Below, in pieces: positions 38,401 through 47,432 of a stretch of DNA of 64,000 bases (position 1 is its first letter; each line of letters opens with the position of its first letter). The DNA lies in assembly GCA_963796055.1 (NCBI GenBank), contig CAWCKH010000002.1:160001-224000 (forward strand). The letters run 5' to 3'. This DNA comes from an uncultured delta proteobacterium (GTDB taxonomy: Bacteria; Myxococcota; Myxococcia; Myxococcales; Myxococcaceae). The notes under the pieces were generated by a model that did not search any database, had not been told where the DNA came from, and saw nothing but the letters and a program-made list of their open reading frames with translations. The translations under genes and the position numbers were made by a program.

Positions 38401-40097
38401 TCGTGACTACCTTTCTCGACCCCAATGCACCGTCCATTCGCATCACGAGCGTGCTCGGACTTGGACGCGTGACCGACGGCTCCGAGCTCAGCTGTCGCAC
38501 GGGGCTCACCGGCAACTGCAGCGCGATATACAGCCCCGACCAGGTCGTGACGCTTACCGCCGAGCCCGACCCCGGCGAGTACTTCATCAGCTGGGGACGC
38601 GACTGCAGCGCCGCCGGAAGCGCGCGCTCGACACAGTTCGCGATCGGCTCGAGTCGCGTGTGTTCGGCGGAGTTCAGCGGCGCTACGGTTGGCTCGCCTA
38701 GAGTCACGATCACCGCAGTCGAGCCGCAGTTCCTGTTTGGTTCGGTCACGAGCACGCCGGTCGGAATCGTCTGTGGCTACGCCGGCGTTGATTGCAGCGG
38801 CACGTTCACGGTCGGCACGCGCGTACGGCTCGAAGCGGTGGCGGTTGCGCCGAACTTCGAGTTCGAGCGATTCCTCTGCAATCAGGCGGGCATCGGGAGC
38901 GCGCGAGTGATCGAGGTTCCGTTGCTCGAGGATCTCAACTGCGTCGCGCGCTTCAGCGCCGACGTGTCCCGACTCGAGGTGCTGCTGCGCTCGGATGATC
39001 CCTACACAGTCATCGGTCGCGTTTACAGCACGCCGGCAGGTTTGGATTGCAACGCCGACTGCGATCGGCCATTCACCCGTGGCCAGCTGGTGACGTTGCG
39101 CGCGGAGCCCGCGGTCGGTCGCTTGCTCACGAGTTGGGACGGATGTGACGGTGTGCGTCCCGACCCGCAGAACGGCGCGGGTCCGCCGGTGTGCGACGTG
39201 CTCCTCGACCGAGCGCGTTCGGTGGTGGCGTTCTTCAACCGTGTCATGACCAACCGCCACGCCCTCGTGGTCGAGTTCGAGGCCGGCAGCGCCGACGGAG
39301 CGGTGACCACGAATCGGTCACTGGGTTCGAACATCAGCTGCACGCCCGCGGGTGGCGTGTGCGACGCGCTCTATGTCAATGGCGACGAAGCCGTGCTGTA
39401 TGTCGTGCCGGCGGTGGGCAATACGCTTGCCGCGAGCTCGGGCTGCGATCAGCTTGTGCCGGCACAGCCTGCGCTGCCGGCGCAATGCCATGTGCTGATG
39501 ACCGCCTCTCGCGTCGTGCGCTTGCGCTTCTCGCAGTTCGACGCGCCGCCGGTGCCCAACTTCGTGTTCTCGCCTGGCGCGCCAACTGTGAACCAGACGG
39601 TGAGCTTCGATGCGACCGGCAGCACGGACGACAACAACGGCATCGTGTCCTACAACTGGGATTTCGAGGACGATGGCGTCTTCGACGCGAGCGGCGTGAC
39701 GACGTCGTTCACCTACACGGCCGTGGGTAACTACACCGTGCGGCTGCGGGTGTCGGATACGCTCGGACGCACGGTCGATACGACCCGCGTCGTCGCACTC
39801 GGATCACCGGGCGGCGGCTCGACGCTCACCCTGACGATCCGCGGCAATGGCAATGGCGTCGTCGCGATCGCGCCCGAGCAGTCGGCTTGCTCGTACTCGG
39901 GCAACTTCGGCCCGACGACTTGCTCGTGGCTGTACCCGACCGGCACGGCGGTCACGTTGACGGCAACGGCGTACACCGGTTACGTCGTCGGTGACTGGGT
40001 CCACTGCGATGCGCTCAGCCCGGACGGGCGGCAGTGCTTCGTGAATCTCTCGGCGAACCGATCGGTCGAAGTGTTCATCCTGCGACCTTCGCCATAG
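35460..40097 (+). CDS. Giant surface lipoprotein: beta-propeller repeats, about six InlB B-repeat-like Cys domains and a PKD domain
   Basis: Lipobox LASAGC; WSKSYGG and WGRIYGA propeller repeats; TSTPxGIxC...W.GC repeats; PKD motif VSFDATGSTD..SYNWDF..GNYTVRLRVSD. Confidence 0.85.
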   Translation: MIRASVASPVLMLLLLASAGCTSSGSNAGSGGAPTWSKSYGGEGDDQASAVIATADGNYLFVGTWNGEGAGTALSDENEVDGDLWVVKLDTLGNVIWQNAYGVRRTSGPIGATQTIAAVRESADGSIWLAGTRSANPSPRGDARADIVVMRLAADRRPLCTTVVDSGPYPGNSFYYPGDTADDTGYDIWPTSDGGAVVAGWTTAIARDGNTAYPIRAPYVFKVSGTCGVAWTRHVRDDEMRYVSEQPSQLLVREASDHGAVMALNTRVRPAGSGSASPELRLARFDAGGAVLWSQSFDEAVALRDLIQIDGDLDGADDDAFVLVGSSAGRGLIMRIDDDGNGGASEAWATRLDDASVLNAVIQKCHRQASGERICNYRTVGASSTGNGYAAFVYDDGGEAYSREFPELGPATDIRLRQDGPSALFIYFDIVGARHRGGWIATVNNILGDVSDPVLRNVRLIDYAPDRIEYTPSQSLLDISATTVSRLATDGSLEWSQTFDSTTERRVERAYFVEQTDDNGNGRLDSSDGYLVAGESTSDNADPSARGATWLIKLDANGGLAWQRLLEDFTSCGTRYQPAEAVAAVASRGYVVAGFDGQTLRLAALDPNGDVRATTTPLVGLVERQYFCDVRVSSLVRTLDEGFALAIDLPPGGVLLKLDANAQPVWRKRLKLRPSTVRELSDGALVVAGSVGALNDPEIQKFTSAGDLTWSRDYGFGISVFADNVRLSPLANGDLYVAVTQMDGSPGGTPADLASQGFWNTLLWKTDANGDVRWGRIYGAAQDEHVLAIATSPDEGAIVAGRSLSFGDRSEAWLLRVGPDGMVTEGCNALRAASAAVSAIPVSALVSNYTPQLRPEDMHTLALTSRTTQAPRFAPQSLVVARQCEGNARTDSGPPAVRRTFRLTVAQGNAATSGVVTSTPSGIVCGTAEEGGGFCSHDFVADSTVFLKVDPADLPRLRSWGGCDRITVGQCEVFMGSDREVVTTFLDPNAPSIRITSVLGLGRVTDGSELSCRTGLTGNCSAIYSPDQVVTLTAEPDPGEYFISWGRDCSAAGSARSTQFAIGSSRVCSAEFSGATVGSPRVTITAVEPQFLFGSVTSTPVGIVCGYAGVDCSGTFTVGTRVRLEAVAVAPNFEFERFLCNQAGIGSARVIEVPLLEDLNCVARFSADVSRLEVLLRSDDPYTVIGRVYSTPAGLDCNADCDRPFTRGQLVTLRAEPAVGRLLTSWDGCDGVRPDPQNGAGPPVCDVLLDRARSVVAFFNRVMTNRHALVVEFEAGSADGAVTTNRSLGSNISCTPAGGVCDALYVNGDEAVLYVVPAVGNTLAASSGCDQLVPAQPALPAQCHVLMTASRVVRLRFSQFDAPPVPNFVFSPGAPTVNQTVSFDATGSTDDNNGIVSYNWDFEDDGVFDASGVTTSFTYTAVGNYTVRLRVSDTLGRTVDTTRVVALGSPGGGSTLTLTIRGNGNGVVAIAPEQSACSYSGNFGPTTCSWLYPTGTAVTLTATAYTGYVVGDWVHCDALSPDGRQCFVNLSANRSVEVFILRPSP

Positions 40098-40178
40098 GCA
40101 ATTGCGGCTTCTTACACCCTCTCCCCCGTCCTCAGGGGGGAGGGTAGCGAGAGAGCCGACGAGAGGCGCCTGGCGACG

Positions 40179-40355
40179 TGACCTGCCCCCCGAAAACTGG
40201 ACCAGCCGAAGCGGGATTCCTCCAATGAGGGTCCGGAGGACGGGATGGGCAGGAAGTCGCAGTTCACGCAGGAGCAGATCATCCGAGCGCTCCAGGAGGT
40301 CGACGCCGGAGCGAAGCCGGAAGAGGTGTGCCGTCGCGGTGTCTCCGACACGACG
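40179..40355 (+). mobile_element. IS3-family (IS407-like) left-end remnant
   Basis: Terminal TGACCTGCCCCCCGAAAACTGGACC, then truncated OrfA MGRKSQFTQEQIIRALQEVDAGAKPEEVCRRGVSDTT. Confidence 0.75.
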
Positions 40356-40507
40356 CCGGCAATCTCCAGGAGCATCGGATACTGATCGAAGCGCCGGGTG
40401 ATCGCCTCGTCGCCACCTTCGCTGCTCGAGCACCCGCCAGCGGCAGCGAGAAGCGAAAAGCCAACGACGGTGGTTCGGGCCCAGGCTGGAGCGCTCGCGT
40501 CCTTCAT
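40356..40507 (-). pseudogene. Lipoprotein gene truncated by the IS remnant
   Basis: GGAGG RBS; MKDAS...LLAAAGGC lipobox; runs into the IS3 remnant after about 50 codons. Confidence 0.55.
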
Positions 40508-40860
40508 GGTCGACCTCCGTGTTCCGTTTCGATTGCCCGGGTCCGCCGCAGGTGTCGTCGCGCCCACTCGCCTCCACCCGGGTCGGCTCGAGGGGTCGTC
40601 AGGATCGGCGCGCTCGGACCGCGGCACCTCGGCGAGGGTCTGTCAGCCGCGACCACCGGTCGCACCGGCACGAAAACGACCACCACCACGTCGCCCGTCG
40701 GGAGCACAGCGGTCGGCGGCGGCGCACCCGGTGCTGGCGATGAGGCCAGCCACCCGACGACGAGAGCGCCCGACCCAGCGAGGACGCCGAATGCCGCTGG
40801 CAACATCCACCGCTGCACGAGCCCCGCGGCCCGTGGCCCGATTTCCGCGAAGGTGCTCAT
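40504..40860 (-). CDS. Small hypothetical membrane protein
   Basis: One TM segment; stop overlaps the ATG of the next gene. Confidence 0.4.
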   Translation of the reverse strand: MSTFAEIGPRAAGLVQRWMLPAAFGVLAGSGALVVGWLASSPAPGAPPPTAVLPTGDVVVVVFVPVRPVVAADRPSPRCRGPSAPILTTPRADPGGGEWARRHLRRTRAIETEHGGRP

Positions 40861-40877
40861 GGGCGAAGCGGCCCCTT

Positions 40878-41606
40878 CTAGAAGCCGGTGCAGGCGAGGG
40901 AATAGGACGGCGGGCCGTTCAGGACGACGATCGGGTTGTCGGGGCCCTGCCACGCCGCTGCCGTCACCGTGCAGGTCGTCGTCGGGTGCGCGTCACCGAC
41001 GGTGGCGCTCACGGCGACCGTCGTGCCAATCGTCGTGGGGATCTGGACGGACGGCGATTGCATGGGGGCCACGTTCGACAACGTCTGCCCGTTCACGACG
41101 AAGCTGGCCGTCAGCCCGGAGCCGTTGTAGATGTTGATCGCGTTGGTCTCCGCTGAGGTGTGCTCGAACCTCGCGGTGACCTGGAACCCGACGTCGGGGC
41201 CTGCACTGAAATCGAGGATGCAGACTGGCCCGGACACCTGGCTGCAACCTGTCCAGCCGCTGAAGACGCTGCCAGGATCGGCTTGGGCAACAAGGCGGAA
41301 CGACCCTCCGCCGCCGGCGTCGGAGAAGGTGTGGCTGCAGGCCAAGGGGTACGAGGGGTTGGGGACGTGGCCCCCCGAGCTGGAGGGGAGGACGCAGTTG
41401 ATGCGAACGGTGCTGATGTCCTCGGCCACCACGGTTCCGCTTCCCGCTCCAAGGCCCTGGACCGTGACCGTGACCTGCTGGAACGCCGGGTCGCATTCGT
41501 CAAACTCGGGGTCGCAAAAGGGGTCGTCGCCTGAGCAACCGAGCGCGAGGAACGTCGAGAAAAACGCCAGGTTGAGCACGGATCGGACCGCAGGAGATGT
41601 GGACAT
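40878..41606 (-). CDS. Lipoprotein with InlB B-repeat-like domain
   Basis: Lipobox LALGC; VTVTVQGLGAGSGTV..INC..GSVFSGWTGC..C..VTARF. Confidence 0.8.
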   Translation of the reverse strand: MSTSPAVRSVLNLAFFSTFLALGCSGDDPFCDPEFDECDPAFQQVTVTVQGLGAGSGTVVAEDISTVRINCVLPSSSGGHVPNPSYPLACSHTFSDAGGGGSFRLVAQADPGSVFSGWTGCSQVSGPVCILDFSAGPDVGFQVTARFEHTSAETNAINIYNGSGLTASFVVNGQTLSNVAPMQSPSVQIPTTIGTTVAVSATVGDAHPTTTCTVTAAAWQGPDNPIVVLNGPPSYSLACTGF

Positions 41607-41690
41607 GGGAGTCCTCGCAGAGGGGTGAGAGGCGTTGGGGTGAGCGGCGGTGCTCACCGACGAAGCGTGTCGCCCCCGGCCGGAGTCAGT

Positions 41691-41728
41691 CCTCAGGGCT
41701 CACTTGCGATTCTCTAATCTTTTCCTCA
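41691..41728 (-). promoter_or_regulatory. 11-bp-periodic direct-repeat operator candidate, copy 2
   Basis: Minus strand TGAGG, TTAGA, CAAGT, TGAGG at exact 11-bp spacing between divergent genes. Confidence 0.55.
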
Positions 41729-41761
41729 CCATCGAGCTTTCAAGCACTTGGGTGCGTCGGT

Positions 41762-44080
41762 ATGGACGTCAGGGCCTCGCGAGCACGGCTTTGGATCGGC
41801 GACTGGCTGGTCGATCCGTCCCTGGACGAGCTCCATCGCGGCGAGACGCGGGTCAAGCTCGAGCCGCGGAAAATGCAGCTGCTGATGGCGCTGGCCCGGA
41901 GGCCGAACGAGCTGGTGACCACGGAGGAGCTGCTCGACACAGTTTGGGCCGGGGTCGTCGTCTCGCAGAGTTCCGTGTACCAGAGCATCGCTGAGCTCCG
42001 GAAGACGCTGGGGGATCACGCGGAAGCGCCCACCTTCATTGCCACCGTGCCTCGAAAGGGCTACCGGCTGGTTGCGGCGGTGAGCGCTCCCACCGCTGCG
42101 GACCTGCACCCCTCCCACGCCGTCGCGAGCGCTCCGGCTCCTCCCCCCGAACCGCCGCCCGGTTCGAATTCCGACGCCCCACCGGTCCAGACCGTCGCGG
42201 TGGATCGCCGCTGGGTCATCGGCGTGGGGGCAGCGGCGGTCACGGTGGCGGCGGGCGGAGCGCTCCGATGGTGGTGGCGGGCACGGCCTCACCCCAACCC
42301 TTCAAAGCTGGCCATCGCGGTCCTCCCCTTCGAGGACATCTCTCCGGGCGGTGTCGAGCAACCCATCGCCGACGGCCTGGCGGGCGAGGTGATCGCCGTG
42401 CTCACGCGCCACGAGCAGGTCCGCGTGTCTGCGCCCACCTCGGCGTTCCAGTTCCGCCACACGGCGCTGCCCCTCGCGGAGATCGGGCGGCAACTCGGGG
42501 TCACCCACGTCCTCGATGGGGAGGTCTTCCGGACGAAGGAGCGAGTGAGGCTCACCGTCCGGCTCCGGGCCGTGGCCGACGATGAGGTGGTGTGGCACGA
42601 CGCGCTCCAGGAGCCGCTCGACGCGATGAGCGGTCTTCCGCTCAGGGTGGCGCAGGGCGCACTCGAGGCGCTCCATGCCCCGGCCATGGGTGCATTGCCT
42701 CCGGCGCCTTCCGCGCGGGCGTTCGAGCTGTACCTGAGCGGGCGCCATTTCATGCAGGCGCGCACGCAGGAATCGATCCGCAAGGCCCGGGATTACTTCC
42801 AGCGCGCCGTCGACACCGACCCGAGCTTTGCCCTGGGCTACACCGCGCTCGCCCACAGCTGGATCGCCGAGTACCAGTACGGCTCGGGGCTCACCGTCAG
42901 GGACATGGACGCGCGCGCCCAGCCGCTGCTCGACCGAGCGTTCACACTGCAGCCAGAGCTCCCGGAAGCGCTCGCGACGCAGGGGCACCTGAAGACCAAC
43001 CTCAACCGTCCCGACGAGGCCCGACCGTTCCTCAAGGCCGCCGTCGCCGCACAGCCGCAGAGCGCCACCGCCCACCTCTGGCTTGGGATCAACGAGGCCA
43101 CCGACGGGTTTCCGAGAGAAGCGCTGGAGAGTTACCGGCGCGCGGCGGAGCTCAACCCGCTTCAGTTCATCGTGCACGCGCGCTCCGGGCTGGAGTCGAT
43201 GAATGCCGGCCTGTACGAGGAGGCAACCCGGCACTACACCCGAGCCGTCGAGCTGGCACCGCACCATCCGAACACCCACTGGGGGTTCGGGCTGATCGGC
43301 TGGGCGCGCGGCCGGCTCGATGACGCGGTCCGGGGTTACTTACGGGCGCTGCAGGCCGAATCCCGCCGTGAGGATCTCTGGACACAGCTCGGCTGGATCT
43401 ACCTCGACCTCGGGATGCCACAGGAGGCTCGGGCGGCATTCGCCCAGGCCATCGCGCTCGCCGGGTCCGTGGCCCAACCCCAGGCCGCGCTCGGGCGGGC
43501 CTTCGTCGTCGAGGAGGATCTGCCGGGGCTGGCGCGCTACCTCGACGATCTCAAGTTCCCGCCGACCGGCACCCGCGACGTGGAGATCGACACCGCTGTC
43601 ATCTTCGCCGTCCTCGGCCGAACCCACGCCGCCCGGAGGGCGCTCACCTCGGCGGTCGGGCCGATGCTCGCGGACCCGATCCCGCTCTACGGTTGGTGGC
43701 AGACCTGCTTCGGCCAGCACATCTTCATCGACGTGGCGACGGTCTACACCTGGCTCGGCGAGCCGGACCGGGCGAGGCCGTTCCTGGAGCAGGCAGAGGC
43801 CTACGTCGACCGGTACGAGCGCCAGGGCAACGTCTGGCACGCGATCGGCTACCACAAAGGGCGCATCGCCGCGCTGCGTGGCGACCAGGCCACGGCGCTG
43901 GCACAGCTCGAGAAGGCCGTGGACATGGGCTGGCGACGGGGCTGGTGGCTGAAGGTCGACCCGGCCCTGGCCGGACTGCGGTCCTCCCCCCGCTTTCAGA
44001 GGGTGCTCGAGCGCATCGGCACCGAGACCCGCGCGCAGCGCGAGCACCTCGCCGCCGACCCAGGCGCTCGCGTCCCCTGA
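41762..44080 (+). CDS. CadC/ToxR-type winged-helix regulator with TM segment, TolB-like domain and TPRs
   Basis: LEPRKMQLLMALA..LLDTVW..YQSIAELRKTLGD..IATVPRKGYRL; IAVLPF; many TPRs; C-terminal DPALAGLRSSPRF. Confidence 0.9.
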   Translation: MDVRASRARLWIGDWLVDPSLDELHRGETRVKLEPRKMQLLMALARRPNELVTTEELLDTVWAGVVVSQSSVYQSIAELRKTLGDHAEAPTFIATVPRKGYRLVAAVSAPTAADLHPSHAVASAPAPPPEPPPGSNSDAPPVQTVAVDRRWVIGVGAAAVTVAAGGALRWWWRARPHPNPSKLAIAVLPFEDISPGGVEQPIADGLAGEVIAVLTRHEQVRVSAPTSAFQFRHTALPLAEIGRQLGVTHVLDGEVFRTKERVRLTVRLRAVADDEVVWHDALQEPLDAMSGLPLRVAQGALEALHAPAMGALPPAPSARAFELYLSGRHFMQARTQESIRKARDYFQRAVDTDPSFALGYTALAHSWIAEYQYGSGLTVRDMDARAQPLLDRAFTLQPELPEALATQGHLKTNLNRPDEARPFLKAAVAAQPQSATAHLWLGINEATDGFPREALESYRRAAELNPLQFIVHARSGLESMNAGLYEEATRHYTRAVELAPHHPNTHWGFGLIGWARGRLDDAVRGYLRALQAESRREDLWTQLGWIYLDLGMPQEARAAFAQAIALAGSVAQPQAALGRAFVVEEDLPGLARYLDDLKFPPTGTRDVEIDTAVIFAVLGRTHAARRALTSAVGPMLADPIPLYGWWQTCFGQHIFIDVATVYTWLGEPDRARPFLEQAEAYVDRYERQGNVWHAIGYHKGRIAALRGDQATALAQLEKAVDMGWRRGWWLKVDPALAGLRSSPRFQRVLERIGTETRAQREHLAADPGARVP

Positions 44081-44194
44081 GTGGACCAGGGCATCGGGTT
44101 CCGGTGTGCGGAGCATGGAGGTCCGGAGTACGTCCGAGGTCGACTTCGTCGTTCCTGAGGGCAGCCAGGGCCCTCGTTTTCTGCGGAGGACCCC

Positions 44195-44325
44195 TCATCT
44201 GGCCTCGACGGCCGCCGGTGAGCGCTTCCGCCGCACGGCGGGTGGGTTGCGGTACGAATCGCCCTCGATGACCAGGACGTGAGCGTGGTGGAGCAGTCGG
44301 TCCATGGCGGCGCTGGAGAGCAGAA
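44195..44325 (-). pseudogene. istB: IS21 IstB helper ATPase C-terminal remnant
   Basis: LLSSAAMDRLLHHAHVLVIEGDSYR. Confidence 0.8.
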
Positions 44326-44389
44326 GGTGTGGCGTCAGCTCCGTCGAGAGGGCGAGGTCGTCGCCCGATGCACTGTCGAGCGGCTGATG
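44323..44389 (+). pseudogene. IS3-family (IS51-group-like) OrfB scrap
   Basis: KVWRQLRREGEVVARCTVERLM. Confidence 0.7.
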
Positions 44390-44429
44390 AGCTTCCCCTG
44401 GTTTCGTGGACACCTGAGGAGAGGTGTAC

Positions 44430-44735
44430 ATGTCCACGATGGCGAGGCGAGCACGGCGGAAGTTCACCCCGGAGTTCAAGGCTGAGACCGTCAAGTTGGT
44501 GCGGGAGAGCGGAAAGACGGTCGGCCAGGTCGCCCAGGAGCTGGATTTGACCGAGACGGCGCTCCGGTACTGGGTGCGGCAAGCCGAAATCGACGAGGGG
44601 AAAGGCCCGGAGGGGGCGATGACGACCGCGGAGAAGGAGGAACTCACCCGGCTCCGCCGAGAGAACCGCACGCTGCGGATGGAGCGTGACCTGCTAAAAA
44701 AATGGGCTGCCTTCTTCGCCAAGGAGAGCAAGTGA
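44430..44735 (+). CDS. IS3 transposase OrfA
   Basis: RRKFTPEFKAETVKLV, HTH, EELTRLRRENRTLRMERDLLKK. Confidence 0.95.
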   Translation: MSTMARRARRKFTPEFKAETVKLVRESGKTVGQVAQELDLTETALRYWVRQAEIDEGKGPEGAMTTAEKEELTRLRRENRTLRMERDLLKKWAAFFAKESK

Positions 44736-45613
44736 AGTTTGCTCGGGTGGAGGCGGAGAAGGCGCAAGAGCCGAGTGCGTCCGTGGCCAGCATGTGCAGG
44801 CTCCTGGGCGTTTCACGGGCTGGCTACTACGCCTGGCGTCGACGAGCAGAGTCACCGCGTACGCGGAGCAACCGCGAGCTGACGGTGCACATCGCCGCCA
44901 TCCAAGAGGAAAGCCGAAGGACGTACGGCAGCCCCCGTGTCCACGCCGAGCTCCGTTTCCGAGGCCGCGCCGTCGGCCTTCACCGCGTCGAGCGGCTCAT
45001 GCGTGCGGCAGGCATCCGTGCTCGGCGAAAGCGCCGCTTCGTGCGGACGACCACGCCGGATGCTTCGCTGCCAGTTGCCCCGAACGTCCTGGACCGGGAC
45101 TTCCAGGCACACTTGCCGAACCGCGTCTGGAGCACCGACATCACCTACGTACCAACGCGCGAGGGCTGGCTCTACCTGGCCGTCGTCGAGGATCTCTTCA
45201 GCCGGCGAATCGTCGGCTGGGCCACCGCGACGTCGCTCGAGCGCACGCTGCCGCTCGAGGCACTGGGGATGGCGTTGGCGCTCCGCGTCCCTGCCGCGGG
45301 CCTGCTCCACCACTCCGACCGGGGCAGCCAGTACGCCAGCTTCGACTACCAGAAGGTGCTTGAGCTGCACGGCCTCCGCTGCAGCATGAGCAGGCGCGGC
45401 AACTGCCTGGACAACGCTTCGGTCGAGAGCTTCTTCGGGACGCTGAAGAACGAGCACGTGCACCAGTGCGACTTCGAATCGGTCGCCGCCGCACGGGCCG
45501 GAATCATCGACTACATCGAGAACTTCTACAATTCACGCCGGCGCCACTCGGCGCTCGGCTACCGGACGCCCATGGAGTACGAAGCGGAGACCCGACGCGC
45601 TGCGGCGGCTTAA
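44732..45613 (+). CDS. IS3 transposase OrfB (DDE)
   Basis: YGSPRV, WSTDITY, DLFSRRIVGW, HHSDRGSQY, DNASVESFFGTLK. Confidence 0.95.
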   Translation: MKFARVEAEKAQEPSASVASMCRLLGVSRAGYYAWRRRAESPRTRSNRELTVHIAAIQEESRRTYGSPRVHAELRFRGRAVGLHRVERLMRAAGIRARRKRRFVRTTTPDASLPVAPNVLDRDFQAHLPNRVWSTDITYVPTREGWLYLAVVEDLFSRRIVGWATATSLERTLPLEALGMALALRVPAAGLLHHSDRGSQYASFDYQKVLELHGLRCSMSRRGNCLDNASVESFFGTLKNEHVHQCDFESVAAARAGIIDYIENFYNSRRRHSALGYRTPMEYEAETRRAAAA

Positions 45614-45789
45614 CCCAACCGTCCACCGAATCGGGGGAAGCTCAGACTTCCTTGCCCGAAGAGAGCCCGAACGCTCCGGAGATTGAACGGTGGCTCGTGG
45701 ACGCGAGGCTCCGCTGGCTCGAAGGACGGAGCCGCCCGCGGTAGACGAGACCTGGCTCTGCCTACCGGGGGTCCAGCGGTTGCCTCCGC

Positions 45790-46010
45790 CCCCGCCACCC
45801 GCCGCCCCATCCCCTGGGCCGAGCTCCTCCGGCGGACGTTCCAGACGGACGTCCTCACCTGCCCGCGCTGCGGAGGCACACGGCGCGTCGTGGCCGTCGT
45901 CCTCCGTTCCACCACCGCCCAGGCCATCCTCGAGCACCTCAGGCTTCCCTCCAGGCCTCTCCCGCTCGCCCCGGCCACCTCTCTCCCCGCCCCAGCTCGG
46001 CTTCTGGTAA
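45790..46010 (+). pseudogene. IS91-family transposase 3' remnant, copy 1
   Basis: WAELLRRTFQTDVLTCPRCGGTRRVVAV..AILEHLRLP..APATSPPQL. Confidence 0.75.
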
Positions 46011-46207
46011 GCGCGACGGGTCGTGGTCCGCTATCGGTCGGTTCAAGGTCATCAGGGTGCTCGATGACCGCTCGCCGCTGGAGGACGCGACCCGAGACCC
46101 GCATCTGGTCGGCACCTACGCGACCCTGCCACTCGTCCAGGGCGTGGCTGCGTACGTGGTCAGCAACGAGAGCGGCGCGCCGAAAAAGAACCGGCCCTGA
46201 GAAGTCC

Positions 46208-46510
46208 CTATTGCCGGTCCATGCGGTAGTAGACGGGCAGCGGTCCACCGTCGAGGGTCTGCTGCTGCTCGACCATATCGATGTGGTTGAGCGATGGGGA
46301 CGCGGTAACGGTCATCGTGTAGCGCGTCTCAAACCCCCCATCAGGGAGGAGGGGACCACGCGCAAAGGCCCCCCCTAGCGCTGGCCCAGCGACGGTTCCA
46401 ATGGTGCCAAGGTCATTGGCGTCCATCCCGTATGAGACCTGCAGCACGCCTATTACCCGCCCGCCCGGCGCATTCTCGAGTTCCAACCTCGCAAAGCTCC
46501 CTTGGCCGTT
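46208..46510 (-). CDS. Hypothetical protein or 3' fragment
   Basis: Protein-like C-terminal ~95 aa; no clear start. Confidence 0.3.
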   Translation of the reverse strand, partial: NGQGSFARLELENAPGGRVIGVLQVSYGMDANDLGTIGTVAGPALGGAFARGPLLPDGGFETRYTMTVTASPSLNHIDMVEQQQTLDGGPLPVYYRMDRQ

Positions 46511-46577
46511 AGGCTGGACACGACACGGCCCCCCCCAACAATCTAGGCACACTACCGGCTCCGCGGCGGGGCCGCGA

Positions 46578-47054
46578 TCACGGGGTGCAGATTTGTCCGA
46601 AGTACTCGCCCTGGACGTGGAACTCGGCGTCGAGGCTGCCGACGAGCTGGAGGTACCCGCTTGCGCCAGCCCAGCGATCCACGCCGCCGGTGATGATGAG
46701 CAGCGCGGCCTGCCGACCGGTGACGTTCGGCGCCGGCAGCTGGATGGTGCCGTAGTCACGCGCCGTGACTGTTCCGCCAAGCTTGGGCGAGACGACGCTC
46801 TCGCCCGTGTAGAACGTGACCTGCGGGTCACCGCTCGGCACGAACCCGGTGGCAGTGAAGCGGTACGTCCCCTGGATGCCGCCGATGAGCTCGCCGGCGG
46901 TGCAGAGGCCCACAACCGAGGCGCAGTCGTTGGCCGGTACCGGCGTCGACGTGTAGAAGCCGTGCACCGGCTTGCACTCGCCGGCGCGGGCGGATGTTGA
47001 AACGGCGCCGAGGGCGAGCACGAGCGCGGCGCGGGCCAGAAGGGTCATTCTCAT
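46578..47054 (-). CDS. Secreted hypothetical beta-barrel-like protein
   Basis: GGAGG RBS; signal peptide ending ARA|GE; ITGGVDRWAGASG (dirigent/AOC-like pattern). Confidence 0.75.
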   Translation of the reverse strand: MRMTLLARAALVLALGAVSTSARAGECKPVHGFYTSTPVPANDCASVVGLCTAGELIGGIQGTYRFTATGFVPSGDPQVTFYTGESVVSPKLGGTVTARDYGTIQLPAPNVTGRQAALLIITGGVDRWAGASGYLQLVGSLDAEFHVQGEYFGQICTP

Positions 47055-47432
47055 TGTGGACCTCCGGTGGGTCCGGGAACGGTACCACCGCGCGCCTGGG
47101 CAGCCCTCGGACGATGAAGCGCCGGTTCGATGGCAGCGGTCACGCCTGCGCGACGCCCGGTGTGCACATTCCCAGGGCAATGGCCATCGGGTTTCTCCTG
47201 GGCCGCCATCATCCGGGCACCCCTCGCCTCTCGCGCTCGCCGCACCCCCCGCCCTTCTCTGCGCGCGGTGGATTGCCGAGTTCGAGCGGCGCACCGCTCG
47301 GCGCATCGTCCCTGTAAACCCTGGGTGACCCGCGCTGGTCCCCCTGGCCCGAGAATCCGAAGCGCGCCCCCGCTTCGGCCGCGCCGAAGAAGCGCGGCAA
47401 GCGTTAGGCGCGCCAAGCGTAGGGAGCATTGT

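Larger units (their letters stand above)
44388..45644 (+). mobile_element. Complete IS3-family insertion sequence (1257 bp)
   Basis: TG...CA ends; 24-bp imperfect IRs TGAGCTTCCCCTGGTTTCGTGGAC and TGAGCTTCCCCCGATTCGGTGGAC; orfA/orfB; A7 slippery site at 44696-44702. Confidence 0.95.

Noticed and set aside
40118..40145. REP-like hairpin CCCTCTCCCCC...GGGGGAGGG
   Set aside because: Single imperfect copy in the window and no U-tract; cannot be called a REP or a terminator
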